NCBI GenBank assembly: GCA_964016885.1
Contig: OZ024747.1
Location: 21,824,001 to 21,888,000, forward strand
Direction: 5' to 3'
Source: Eledone cirrhosa
Lineage: Eukaryota
Length of the DNA: 64,000 bases
This document shows, one piece after another, positions 42,201-54,676 of the stretch (positions are counted from its first letter, which is position 1; each line of letters opens with the position of its first letter). Both the position numbers and the translations under genes were made by a program. The notes under the pieces are model-generated. The model was not told the DNA's origin. It was given only the letters and a program-made list of their open reading frames with translations, and did not search any database.

Positions 42201-43990
42201 TATAATGGTTTCTTATATAGGCACAAGGCCAGCAATTTGGGGGGAGGGGAAAATAAATTAAATCGCTCCCAGTGTGTGACTGGTACTTTATTTTATCGAC
42301 TCTATAAAGGTGAAAGGCAAAGTTAACCTTGGCGGGATTTGAACTCAGATCATAAAGGGCCGTAACTATGCTGCAAAGCATGGTGTCCGACTCTCTACCA
42401 ATATTGCCAATCCACCGCCCTAGCAATCATAAATATAATGAAAACTAGGATCAAGTGTCCAGTACTTCACTAAGTTTAGTCCATTAGCAGAAGCAGTTAT
42501 TGAGGTGTGGCTGAAAAATGTCCCAGAGCTAAAAGTGAGAGTCAGGTGAGAACCAGTGCACCAGTCCATCCCTAAAGATGCCACTGCCAGGCATCAAAGT
42601 ATTCAGTTTTGAGATAATGTTTCTTCAAATCTTAGATGTCAGGCATTCAATAATGTTTCTTTGAATCACTACACTAACCTTTCAAAGGAACATTAGATAA
42701 TTCTATGTCCAGTATTGAAATAATGTTTCTTTGAAAATATATAAATTGAAAATTATATTAGTATGAAGCTAATTGATATGGTGATTAAAATAATATTTGT
42801 TATTCCTACAATTCTAGCTTAGATGTATGATGATGTAATATGTAGTAAAGTAGGTCACATATATGGCTGAGCAGTTATATAAATATAATGCAGAATAACT
42901 AACTCAGCGATGAAAGGGTCTAAATTTACCAAATGGTCAAGAGTTTAATTTCTCTGTTATGATATTGATTTATTGTGAACCTACAAATCTGTTTTCTTGG
43001 TAGCATGTTGAGGATAATGGCTCTTGTAAGTTAGAATAATTGCAGGTGAATTGTTGAACCAAGTGGTGTTATTTTACAACTGGATTCACTACCTACTTCC
43101 AACCACTCAACCATGAAGTTCAAGTGATATCTAATTTTAGCTAGTGTGATGTAAGCAACATAATGGGCTTTGAACAGGAGCCTAACATAATTGTTGTAAC
43201 AAGATTTGAATTCATCATGCGGTGTTTAGTCAGACCTCATCATTTATAAATGTTTAAACACATCTTTCTATACCAACATACAGTATTTCTAGTGTATTTT
43301 AAAACCTGGTGGAGCTGATCTCCTCTCCAGGTCTGAATACAGCAGATTTTTTTCTGTGAGAGAAAGAGGAAGTGAGAAAGAGATATAGAGGAAGAATCAA
43401 CCCCAATACTAGACTGGTACTTTTTTGTCGACCGAGGGATGAAAGGCAAAGTTAACCTTGATGGGATTTGAACTCAGAGAACAGACAGCTGAAACGAATA
43501 CAACAAAGCATTTTATCTGACGTTCTAATGATTCTGTCTGTCCTTTAGATAAATATAAACACTTTCAAATCAGAGAAGTATCTAAAAAAAAAAAAGCAAA
43601 ACACTTTCGATAAGATAGACTATGGTTGAAGAAAAGCTGAGAGGGGTATGGCTGGAATATCTGCTTGATAATATCTGAGCTGGCGTTCAACAACATCATG
43701 ATACATATTACCATAATTAGAATTTAATGAGAAATTAAAAGTATATGTCAAAAATAAGGACAAATATCAACTAAAGACAAAGGGAAGAATTGTATGAAGT
43801 AAAGAGTGTGACTCACCGATGAAACATCAAGTGGAATGATAAAGATGATCATCAAAGAGAAATACCAAGCAACAAATGTGGCCAAGGTAACCAAGACATG
43901 CTGCTTCCTCCAGTCACCATAGCGATGAATAAGTAGCAAGGCAAGAATACATGTGCAAATAATCTCTACAGTGAGTGGTCCTGCACTCAT
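28985..43990 (-). CDS. LMBRD2: LMBR1 domain-containing protein 2 (multi-pass membrane protein), 12 coding exons, 714 aa
   Basis: Exons 43990-43817, 41911-41652, 40928-40761, 37178-36968, 36147-36073, 35669-35378, 34413-34232, 31460-31327, 30419-30311, 30099-29898, 29594-29490, 29217-28985 join in frame (2145 nt); motifs [64 protein letters not shown]-terminal GIFDDV. Confidence 0.97.
29490..29594 (-). CDS. LMBRD2: LMBRD2 coding exon 11
   Basis: [24 protein letters not shown]...|gtaagg. Confidence 0.92.
29898..30099 (-). CDS. LMBRD2: LMBRD2 coding exon 10
   Basis: [20 protein letters not shown]...EGKELVRR|gtgagt. Confidence 0.95.
30311..30419 (-). CDS. LMBRD2: LMBRD2 coding exon 9
   Basis: [22 protein letters not shown]...ETAYTT|gtaag. 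Confidence 0.95.
31327..31460 (-). CDS. LMBRD2: LMBRD2 coding exon 8
   Basis: [44 protein letters not shown]. Confidence 0.95.
34232..34413 (-). CDS. LMBRD2: LMBRD2 coding exon 7
   Basis: [11 protein letters not shown]...VVWSECLFF...YVYIE|gttagt. Confidence 0.94.
34688..34758 (-). ncRNA. Minimal type-I hammerhead ribozyme (Penelope-like element type), sense within LMBRD2 intron 6
   Basis: Minus strand: UGUUUUAU-CUGAUGA-[about 15-bp stem II, one mismatch]-GAAA-UGCGCA-UA^AUAAAAUA; stem I pairs over 8 bp. Confidence 0.8.
35378..35669 (-). CDS. LMBRD2: LMBRD2 coding exon 6
   Basis: [19 protein letters not shown]...LVRLHKRVI...FYNPKV|gtgagt. Confidence 0.94.
36073..36147 (-). CDS. LMBRD2: LMBRD2 coding exon 5
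   Basis: [25 protein letters not shown]|gtaaat. Confidence 0.93.
36388..36958. mobile_element. piggyBac-like MITE, family B, with nested CR1 3' fragment
   Basis: Termini CTCTTTTG / CAAAAGGG, TTGA on both sides; related copies about 4091-4352 and 23911-24443. Confidence 0.7.
36520..36875 (+). mobile_element. CR1-clade LINE 3' end
   Basis: [27 protein letters not shown], 3' UTR and (ATT)n tail; other copies about 2265-2575 (+), 57270-57468 (-), 61820-62022 (-). Confidence 0.85.
36968..37178 (-). CDS. LMBRD2: LMBRD2 coding exon 4
   Basis: [32 protein letters not shown]...LEDVLE|gtaagt. Confidence 0.95.
37551..37738. mobile_element. piggyBac-like MITE, family A
   Basis: TTAA flanks, CCCTTTAGCA terminus, homologous to 6344-6548. 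Confidence 0.8.
37962..38695. repeat. About 62-bp minisatellite interrupted by a retroposon (about 38200-38462)
   Basis: CTAGTCCACTAGATTGTACCTAAAACATCAGTAAATAGTAACATATATAAC units on both sides of the insertion. Confidence 0.9.
39363..39566. mobile_element. piggyBac-like MITE, family A (reverse orientation)
   Basis: TTAA flanks, homologous to 6344-6548. Confidence 0.8.
40761..40928 (-). CDS. LMBRD2: LMBRD2 coding exon 3
   Basis: [40 protein letters not shown]; AG/GT flanks. Confidence 0.95.
41652..41911 (-). CDS. LMBRD2: LMBRD2 coding exon 2
   Basis: ttttag|TFYRQC...[29 protein letters not shown]|gtacg. Confidence 0.92.
43817..43990 (-). CDS. LMBRD2: LMBRD2 coding exon 1
   Basis: [11 protein letters not shown]...IIPLDVSS|gtgagt; acceptor at 44051-44052 leaves a 60-nt UTR portion. 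Confidence 0.95.
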
Positions 43991-45531
43991 GATTCATGTG
44001 CTGCATGATCTGCACAACTATACAATAAAAAAAAGCTGCACACTGCAGACCTGTAACATAAAAATAAAACAAAGCAATTAATAGCAATTTATTTAAATGT
44101 ATAATTCAAAACACACAGTACTATATTCATCAGCATCATCATTGTTTAATGTCCATCTTTCACGCTAGCATGGGTTAGACAGGATTGTCTCACTTGAGGC
44201 AAGATTGGTCAGGTGACCGTGTCTCGCTCGTATAGGACTGTATCTGTCAGGTTTTCTATGGCTGGATGCCCTTTGTCAAAAACAAACAACAAAACAAACA
44301 AGAATACAGAGTGTCCCACAAAAATGTATACACACTTCAACAGTATTCTACTAAATATTGTACAGGTAATCAAAGTGTGTATGCATTTATATCCTCTTCA
44401 TAATATTCACAATCCTATTTTACAACTGTCATTAATTTATTACTTTCAAAAATACACTATCTATGATATGTAATTTATATATAATAAATTTCTTTCACAT
44501 ACAGTACTAAAAAGAGAAGAAAAAATTGGCATTGGGGAAGAAGACCCCTAGCCACCAATAGTCAATCACACACTACAACAAAGGGTGCTAGAACTTCCTT
44601 CTAACAAATTTTTTAAGGAAGCCAACAGGCTCACAACAGTGTTACAAAAGATAGTTGTTTCTACTTTTGGCACAAGGCCAGCAATTACCCAGTACATTAC
44701 TGGTACTTTATTTTATCGACCCCGTAAGGATGAAAGGCAAAGTTAACCTCGACGGGATTTGCACTCAGACCGTAAAGGGACGTAACTATGCTGGAAAGCA
44801 TGGCGTCCGACCCTCTACCGATACTACCAATTCACCGTGTTACAAGAGATAGTGAGTCCTATTTATATCTAAGATATGAGAATAACTACATGTTGGAAAT
44901 GTCTGAGACTAGACCTTTATACAAGATACTTTATTGTAACTGCTTCACTATTCTGAGTTCTGTTCTACCAGGGTTTATGAAATCACTAACAGAAATACAC
45001 TAAAATAGATTTAATCAATTTTACATTACTTTAACACCTGCAAAAATTGGCTATAAGCCCAGTCATCAGATCAATAATTAGAACTCCCCTCTTTTAATAT
45101 TAATGTATACTTATAATATTAAGTTATACTATATCAAGTTATTTCTATTATATTTAAGATATACAATATCATTGTACATCAGTGGTATTAATAATATGAA
45201 GATAGACAATATCAATGTATATCTAGGATATTAAGTCATATAATTGTTTCTACTTTTGGCACAAGGCCAGCAATTATCCCAGTACATTACTGGTACTTTA
45301 TTTTATCGACCCTGTAAGGATGAAAGGCAAAGTTGAACTCAGACCATAAAGGAGCGTAACTCTTTGTTGCAAAGCATGGCGTCAGACCCTCTACCGATAC
45401 TGCCAATCCACCACCCTTTAAGTCATATAATATTAAGTTATATCTATTATATTAAGATATACAATGTATATCTTAACATTAATGTACAAAAGTGATATTA
45501 AGATATGCATTATCATGGTATATCTACAATA

Positions 45532-45721
45532 TACAAGAGTCAGCTAAAAAGTTCATGAAGGAATGATGCTAGAGCTGTGAAATCTTGCATGCATTAATTT
45601 CCACTCTTCTTATTAATAAATGCATTGTTTCTTTCCAGTGACTATGATGAAAAATAAACCTCATTTGCTTAGTCCATGAAAGTATTTTGGATAAGCTATG
45701 AATCTTTCAGCTGACCTCATA
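45532..45721. mobile_element. Mariner-like MITE
   Basis: Imperfect TIRs TACAAGAGTCAGCTAAAAAGTTCAT / ATGAATCTTTCAGCTGACCTCATA with TA ends. Confidence 0.5.
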
Positions 45722-47408
45722 CTGTATTTTCAGAAAATATTACAAAACATATATAACATCTCATTGTTGCAAATGTAAGAACAAAGAGTTCATTAATACA
45801 AGAGAGAATACTTTAGGACAAAAGAAACAACAGCAACAAAAACAAACAAAGATTACCAGGTAACTAAATTTTTCGTTGCCATCATCTTATCGTCCATTTT
45901 GCATTGTTTAGCCTTCTATCTCTTTCCACAGTATATAACTTTTAATGAAATTTTAGTTGAACTAATTGAAGAGATGAGCTCACTAATGTAAAACCTATCA
46001 ACCAATACAACCTCACATTCACTTCCCTTTCCCTTTGACTGTCCGGTATCATGGAGACACTGCCATTATGCAGCATATCTTAGGCAAATACAGACTAGCA
46101 GAGCCCATCCCTCTCTGCACAATACAACCTCTACAATAAAATATTATCAATATAATTAATAACATAAATCAACCAATGAGATTGTTAAATATAATATTGA
46201 CCAATGAAATTGATATCATAAATGTCATATTGACCAATGAAATTGTTATCATAAATGTCATATTGACCAATGAAATTGTTAATAAATATAATATTGACCA
46301 ATGAAATTGTATCATAAATGTCATATTGACCAAATAAATTATTAACCAATAAAATTCTTAGGTAATTATTAACCAATAGAATTCTTAGGTAATTGAGTCA
46401 ATAACTTTGGCAATCACATGCCTTGAAATAAATTTTGCTGCGCAAATTTCATATTTTCCCCCAAGAACAACAGTTACATGTACACTGAGAACTAGAATTG
46501 ACCAAATTTATAGAATTAAGTGTTGTTGAGTTGGGTCCAGTTTAAACCATATTTATTGGGAGATGGAGGAGGTGAATGCCCTGGGAACCCCTTGTCAAAC
46601 AGCCCACCCCCACTCTAGGAACAGCCATAGGCCTCCCAAACCTGAACTGCCCCAGGCCCCACCAAGGTCTGAATATAGCCCCGATCATAAGTATGAATAA
46701 AAACATGGGGCTGGATTTCAATTTCAGATGAAAAACAGAGAGTAAATTGAAGTGTCAAAGTACCAATGTTAATTTAAAGTACTTTATGTTATATGTATGT
46801 GTGAATCTGTAACTGCTGATGGCATAGTAGGGGCAACATAGTGACATACAGCATGTCTTGGGCATTTAAAACGTGGTGGAGCCCATACCTCTCCAGGTCT
46901 GAGCCCAGTTGATTTCTTCAAAGGAAGGAGAAAGAGAAAGAATAGAGATGAAGTGAGAAAGAGATATAGAGGAAGAATCAACCTCAGTATTGAACTGGTA
47001 CTTTTTTTTTATTGACCTCAAAAGGAGAGTCAGAACAAATACTACAAAGCATTCTAACCATTCTAATGACTGCCAATTTGCCACCTCTGAGGTTATATAT
47101 GGCCACAATGTTCTATGACTTCTTGGTTTGTGTCATCACATGATATATACACAACTAGTTTCTCTTCATATGACTGCTTCTTTTGTTTTTGTAATTTACA
47201 ATAGTTAATTATAGTACAATATCTATAGAAGCATACATACATGTATATTGATTTCTTACATAGTTTAATATGGTAATTTTATCAGGTAAGGCAATAATCG
47301 ATCTCAACTAACTCCGAATTATTAATGGAACATATCTGAACCACGGAAGGGTAAAATGTATCATCAAAATAAGCAGATTTTCAACTCAGCAAAACACATA
47401 AAATAGAT

Positions 47409-47511
<103 letters not shown>

Positions 47512-47996
47512 CTCTTCAGTCTTTGTTATTAAAACCAACGAATGATACAGAATAATTTAAACCAACATGTTGTATCTATGTAATAGAATTTAATTATAAT
47601 TAAAATATAAAAGTGACTAATCTAATCTGAAATCCTCTATGATGATGATGATGATGATGATGATGTCTCCCAACAATTTGGTCATCTGCAACCATCATAA
47701 TTCAATTTAGTTTTGAACTAAGCTAGTGCTAACATGTTTAGTTCAAAATATTAATGTAATGGGCATCAAAAATCTAATTGGAAATACTTATGTGGTGAAG
47801 AAAAGACGGCTCAATAACTAATGTTATTTTAATCATTCTAGTAAATAAGAGAGACAACTCTGAAGATGTTTCAGCCTTACGAGACATTCTTTGTGAAGTA
47901 TAGATGTCATCATACTTGCTGAAATATTAATGAGTGAATCACTAAACAGATGTATACAATATTGTACAGGAGTTAGCATAAACAAGAAACATTTAA

Positions 47997-48212
47997 CTCT
48001 TTAGCATTTAAACCGGACATATCCGCCCAGAATTCTCTCATCGCTTTCTGTTCAAACCGGCCATAACTAGCTGCTCAAACTGATAAGGTATTGTTCTAAA
48101 AATAAATAATATCAAAATATCATAGATTCGATATTATGTGAGATAATTATGTGATAAAGTGTTTACCAGGAAAATATAATAGTAAATATAGAGTAATGTA
48201 AATGCTAAAGGG
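47997..48212. mobile_element. piggyBac-like MITE, family A (reverse orientation)
   Basis: TTAA flanks, ends ATGCTAAAGGG-TTAA. Confidence 0.8.
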
Positions 48213-48379
48213 TTAAACATAAATCACTGAGGCCAAGGATACAAGTGCTCTAGTGTTGAAATGTGGTAGTGTTAGTGCCTCAATAATATGCACCCAGCCC
48301 ACATTGTTAAGTGGTAGTGTTGGTACCATGAAAAAAAAGCCTCCAGTTCATAAGGATAAGATGTCTAACACATGTCTAA

Positions 48380-50270
48380 CATCTTAGGGTTGCCATTCTT
48401 AGCGTAGGCGTACTGAAAGGTAAATCTGGTAAAATTGTGGAAATGCTCAAGAGGAGATGTGTGAATGTGTGTTGTGTACAAGAGGTGAGATGGAGAGGTG
48501 CCACAGCAAGACTACTCATAGGCAAACATCAAAAGTATAAAGCTTTTCCAGGTAGGAAATGGTGATGGGTTAGGAGAAGTAGGTATTCTACTAGCTGAGA
48601 AGTAGATAAATAAGGTAATTGACGAAGTTAGAGTAAGTGACAGAATTATCAAGCTCGGAATAGTCATAGGCAATAGAATGACAATTAACTCTAGCCATGC
48701 ACCCTAAGCAGAACTAAGTAAAGAACAATGGGCCATTTCTCCTACAGACAACCTCAGTTACAGATGACAGAGACCTCATTATCCTAGTTGGTGATTTCAA
48801 TGGATATGTTATGCAACACCAGGATGGCTATACTGGAGTACATAGTGGATATCGTTATGGCTTGAGAAATGAAGAAGGAGCAAGGCTTTTGGAATGCTGT
48901 GATGCGAATGAACTAACTATTTGCAACACTAACTTTAAAAAAACCGGCCAGCCATCAGATCACCTACCAATAAGGCAAACACTCAAGCCAAATTGTCTTT
49001 TTACTTGTTAGAAAACGTGATAGGTAAATGTTTATGAATGATAAGCTCTTCTCCAGAGAAGAATGCACCACATGACATAGGTTAGTTATTAGTGATATCA
49101 AAATAAAATGAGACAAGAAACACAGAAAAATATGGAGAAGGAGATTGTGGAAGTTAAAGGATCTTTCTGTTAAATATAGATTTAGAAAATCTCTATGTGA
49201 TGCATATTACAAAAGGAGGAGAAGTTAGATACATAAAACAGAGGTCAATTGGAAGTTTCTATGAGATACTCTACTGATGAGACTTATGGCTGGTGCTTTG
49301 CTACAGTCAATGGGCGAACTGGCGATGAAACAGAGAAGGCTGTTAAAGAAATTAACAGGTATACATAGCATTCAAAGAAGCTGAAAGCAGGAGGTTTGCC
49401 AATATCTTGCATTGTGAGGATCAGAGATGTGAGATGTTCTGCATCGCTAAGCAATGTGTCCTTAGAAATCAGAATATTGTCGGGGAAAAGTGTGTTTGAA
49501 ATAACACTTATACACTTAGCATCATTGATGCTCAAAATAAAGAGGCCTTGAAATGCTATTATGAAGGGTTAATGAATGTAGAGAATGTGTAGAAAGCAGA
49601 GGGACTACCACCAGCTGTCCCAATAAAAGGACTAGCTATCGAAATTGACAGTTATAGGATCAAAGAAACAATGAAGGAGATGGAAAGTGGTAAAGCTGCT
49701 GGTCTGTCAAGGATAATCACTGAAATCAATCAGCTAGTATGTGGTAGGGTCATACCCAATGACAGGTGTAGTAGTATACTCATTAATTGTTACAAGGGGA
49801 AAGGAGCAACCACAGGGACATAAAACTGATGTACCAAGTAATGAAAGTGATAGAAATAATTTTAGGGAGATATAAATGAGTGAAGAAGATTTGGGAAGAC
49901 TAGAGAGAAGTGAAGTGAGAATGCTATGGTTGTGTAATGCTAATGTACATGAACGACAAAGCATGGATGAGCAGAGAGAAAAGCTGGATGTAAGAGGAAT
50001 CAGATGTAGTGGGCAAGAGAGAAGATTGTGTTGGTATGGTCATGTGATATGCATGGATGATGATTGTTGAGTGATGAAGTACCAGGAAATGCCAGAGGAA
50101 GGTAGATAAGTAGGAGGCCAAAGAAAACCTGGGCAGAGGCTGTGAGAGCTGATCTCAAATCACAGAAACTCACAGAGAAGATGACGGACCGCAATAAGTG
50201 AAAGGATGTTGTGCTGGAAAAAACCCATTTAAGCATAGAAAAACAAACATAAAACAATGATGATGATGAT
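48380..50270 (+). mobile_element. Decayed, internally deleted RTE-clade LINE
   Basis: [28 protein letters not shown]; LERSEVRMLWLCN...QERRLCWYGHV; ends in (GAT)n tail. Confidence 0.88.
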
Positions 50271-51337
50271 ATATATACATGATGGGTTTTCTTATAGTTT
50301 CTAGCTACCAAATTCACTCACACAGCATTGATCAACCCTAAGTTTCAGTAGGAAACACACTTGCTGAAGGTGCCATGTATGTTGTCTATATTTTTGTTAA
50401 TGCTAAATTGGATGTTATTTTTGCATTTCTTATTCATTCCTTATCTCCCCATATTTCTAGGTTGTGATCTTTATTTTTGTCAACAAAGAAAGATAGGCAC
50501 TTACAAACATATGCATCTCAAATATTGAATAGTCATTGATACAGACTTTAAATTTAAATGTTTTTGAATTGGAGAACAGATCTGGCAAAAAGAAAATATA
50601 AATGAATTAAGATAAAAAAATATTGCAGCATAAGAATGACATAAAATACCCTGCTCTGAATTAGTTCCCTTAACTCTTCTTTTGATGAAGGGAATTTAAC
50701 CCCCAAATATTAAGGCCTATTAAACAACTCTAAGGTAACATGCCAACATCTTTGTTATCATTATTTTTAACATTTAATGTTCCTTTTACATTGCTGTAAC
50801 CTTATAATAAAATAAACTATTTTCTACATTTTACACAATGCTTCAAGTAAACTACAACACCCTTTGGTAAATAAAATGTCAAAGATTTTTACACATAAGT
50901 CAAAATATAAAAAATTATAGCCGACTTTATCCCCAAAATTAAAAAATATAATAAAAATTATAATAACAGTTAAAATAGTTTATATGTATCAAAATACACA
51001 GTATACTGGGTTTTTTTTTTTATTACTGTTTTGGTAAAAAATATTTCACAGCAAAAGGTTGGAAGGAAAGAGATACATATTCTATTTTATATATAATCAT
51101 CATCATCATTTCTATACTGGTATAGGTGGGTTGTTACAGATTAAATCAGATACTGTCCTCCTAGACATGTTAGGGGACTACTCACTCAATATGATTCTTT
51201 TGTTGGCATTTACAGCTAAATGCCCTTCTTAACACCAACTACTTTACATTTTATCATGGCATCAACACTTGGGAAGTTTTCAAGTCCTTAATATGGCAGA
51301 AAATGCCTCTACCCTTTTTAGTGTGGTTTCTCTAGCT

Positions 51338-51491
51338 CAGTGGTTCTCAACTGGGATCCATGTAATATTCCTGGGGGCCACAGGCAAAAAATAGAATAAG
51401 CTTTTCTTTTGTCAAATAGCTATGAGGGGGTCCACTCCCCCCAAAATAAGGGAAAAGGGGTCCACGAGTAAAAAAAGGTTGAGAACCACTG
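51338..51491. mobile_element. hAT-derived MITE, 154 bp
   Basis: TIRs CAGTGGTTCTCAAC / GTTGAGAACCACTG; TSD CTCTAGCT/CGCTAGCT; interrupts an RTE-related repeat. Confidence 0.9.
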
Positions 51492-52613
51492 CGCTAGCTG
51501 GATGTTCTTCCAAATGCCAACCATTTTGCAGATTGTACTTAGTGCATTTTATCATGACACTAGTACTAGAGAGATTTTTAGGTTCTTGACAGGATTGAAA
51601 AATTCTCCCTAATCTATGTTGTTGCCAATTGAACCCCTACCACTTTACAGAGTGTACTGAAGAGTCATCTCAACCCCTTTTTTACAGGTTTTCTACAGCT
51701 GGATGCCCTTCCTCTGACCAACTACTTTGCAGGGTGTACTAGTTGATCACCAACACTAGGGAGGTTGTCTATAGAAATACTATGTAAACCTTTCAAACAG
51801 TGTATCAAATGAACATCAGACAGCTTGGCTATGGCTGGAAATTGCAGGTATGAAAAATAAAGAAAGTGAAATGAATTAATAGGGAATATAATTGGCATCA
51901 TTCATTGGGCTTGTTGGTAGCTTGTTGGTAGCTTGCTACTATTACAATTCATTCTCTCATCCTCCATTTGGAGAACATCTTAAAATAAAATTATAGTCTG
52001 GCTAACTAACTGCCCTTCTTCCTCAGACAGGTTAATAATACAAATTTCAGCTGTGTTTTCCATCATCATTATACAGAACAATGTGAAAGAGGCCAGTTTA
52101 CCATATCAGGTGATATCTTAACATACATAGATTTAATACGTAGTAATATGTCAATAAATTTGATCGTCAGTGCCGGTTGTAATAAAATACAAACATGGTA
52201 TAAATCGATGGCTCTGCTCTATATGAACAGCTACAGTGTATATGTGTGGGTATAAGGCATACAATGCAGGCTAGCTTGCTTTTGTTTAACTACACATTAG
52301 CCAAGACAGAATAAACTTATCAAAGGCACTCCAGTCTTGACCATCCTATCTTCTCTATATGAAAAAGGAAACCAGAACAGCCCAAATCGAATAGACTTCT
52401 ATATGAAAAAAGAAACAAGAACCACATTATACAATTTCCTTTTTTTTTAATGATAGGATGTGAATTAAGCGAGATTTGACTGCTATTCTAGTAAATCAAG
52501 CAACCATGTAGAGCCTCTATCGTTTGCTCGAGTAGGCTAGGTGGGTTTAGCAAATATAGGTAACGTCATATACATAGGTAGAAAAGATGACTTTGTTGTC
52601 CCTTTCTGTAGTG

Positions 52614-52655
<42 letters not shown>

Positions 52656-52678
52656 CACTACAGAAAGGGACAACAAAG

Positions 52679-52720
<42 letters not shown>

Positions 52721-52854
52721 TTGTTAAACAATATTCAATGATTATGTCAAAGAATGAGTTTTACAGTAGATTGGAAGCACTCAACGCTAAATAATTTTCT
52801 GGAGTTATTAATATTAAAATATAAGTATTAATAAAATAGATGTTCGTTTGATCA

Positions 52855-52917
52855 ATTACATTTTATTATACATATTTCGGATGTACAACAGTACGTCCTC
52901 ATCAGACAAAATATAAT
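52855..52917 (-). ncRNA. Minimal type-I hammerhead ribozyme (left arm of palindrome)
   Basis: Mirror copy with better stem II: CUGAUGA-GGACGUAC-UGUU-GUACAUCC-GAAA. Confidence 0.8.
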
Positions 52918-53009
52918 GATACATGACATACCCTGAGATGTTAAATGGTTAAGATTTAATCAAGGTAGTAAATCTTAACCATTTAACATCTCAGGGTATG
53001 TCATGTATC

Positions 53010-53072
53010 ATTATATTTTGTCTGATGAGGACGTACTATTGTTCATCCGAAATATGTATAATAAAATGTAAT
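53010..53072 (+). ncRNA. Minimal type-I hammerhead ribozyme (right arm of palindrome)
   Basis: AUUAUAUUUUGU-CUGAUGA-GGAC...AUCC-GAAA-UAUGUA-UA^AUAAAAUGUAAU; 12-bp stem I with two G-U pairs. Confidence 0.8.
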
Positions 53073-54465
53073 TGATCAAAAGAACATCTATTTTATTAAT
53101 ACTTATATTTTAATATTATATATATATATATACTTTTCATTTATATATATATGTATATATGTATGTATGTGTGTGCGTGTGTATACGTTATGTACAAATA
53201 TACAAATACTTATTTACACAGACACTGTATCATACTAAAGTTAGGGTTACTCAACCATAAAAATATATAATGTCGCCGTAATATAAAGGGTAGCTGCACT
53301 GTCTGAGTATCTAAGTATTTGATGAAATAGTCGACAGTTAGCATCTTATCTCTTCTGTTATTATTAAAGACATTCAGCGATCAGTAGACGATCCATGTAG
53401 CACAAACCATTTCCTTAAGTAGACTACTTACTTAAATAGCAAGGACAAGACAAACGATTGTTTTTAGTTCGTAAATGTGGGGCACAAATGTTATCAGTAA
53501 GAATATAGGGTATGTATGTATATTAAAGAGTATTGTCAAAGCATGTTGAAACATACACGCATACAAATAACAAAAGGAAAAAGAAACACCATGGTTAAAC
53601 ACCACTTATTTGGGTTGATATGACAAACAAATCAACGTAGGAATGTATGTATTGTGACTTGTATAAAAACAGAATGAAACATTTTTAAAGAAAAAAATAT
53701 ATATATATGTAAATTTAAACTGATAAGCTTTCATATTTTTTAAAATAGTTTTTTGTTTTCATTTTAAAGATCCTTTAAAAATATAAATAATGTTATCTGT
53801 TTCAATTTCACCCCGCATTTCAATAAATTTGCCGGTGGTTCTCTATTGAAACGTAGTAAACTAGATATGATAATCATAGTAAGATATTTTAAAGACGAAA
53901 AAAGCACACATTCTATGATAATGTTTTTTTATATTTACATAAAACAATGAACTCGAGAAATTTAAAAAAAGGTTTTGTGTACTTTAAACATAGTAGCAGA
54001 TTTAAATAGGTTTTAAATATGCCAATACGATTAAGGTAAACAAACAAAAACAACTTTTAAAATGCCTTGAAGGCAAAGAACAATTTTTTTTTTAAATGCT
54101 TCCAATTCATTGTTTTATGAAAAGGAAAAAAATACTACAATTTTAATTCGTTAAAATATTATTTTAACGAACTTTCAATTGGAAATCATTAATTTGGCTT
54201 CTTCGAAATTATCACACGATCTTCATCAAAATACTACACACGTACTAGTGTTTATATATATATGTAGAAGTTATATTTAATTTGTTGGGATACAACAAGC
54301 AAATATTTTTATAACTTATATAAAGCAATCAACAAATTATTGGAGTAAAAATACAATATATTAACAAATGGAAACTATATTTATAAAACCATATTTATTT
54401 CATTATACATATTTCAAGGACACCAAAGCAAATTATAAAACTGTTTATAAAACTGATCTATATTA

Positions 54466-54525
54466 TATTTTATCTGATGAAAGCGCACCATAATTTGGTG
54501 TCCTTGAAATATGTATAATGAAATA
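54466..54525 (+). ncRNA. Minimal type-I hammerhead ribozyme
   Basis: UAUUUUAU-CUGAUGA-AAGCGCACCA-UAAUU-UGGUGUCCUU-GAAA-UAUGUA-UA^AUGAAAUA. Confidence 0.78.
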
Positions 54526-54564
54526 AATATGGTTTTATAAATATAGTTTCCATTTGTTAATATA

Positions 54565-54575
54565 TTGTATATATT

Positions 54576-54609
<34 letters not shown>

Positions 54610-54620
54610 TATATATACAT

Positions 54621-54676
<56 letters not shown>

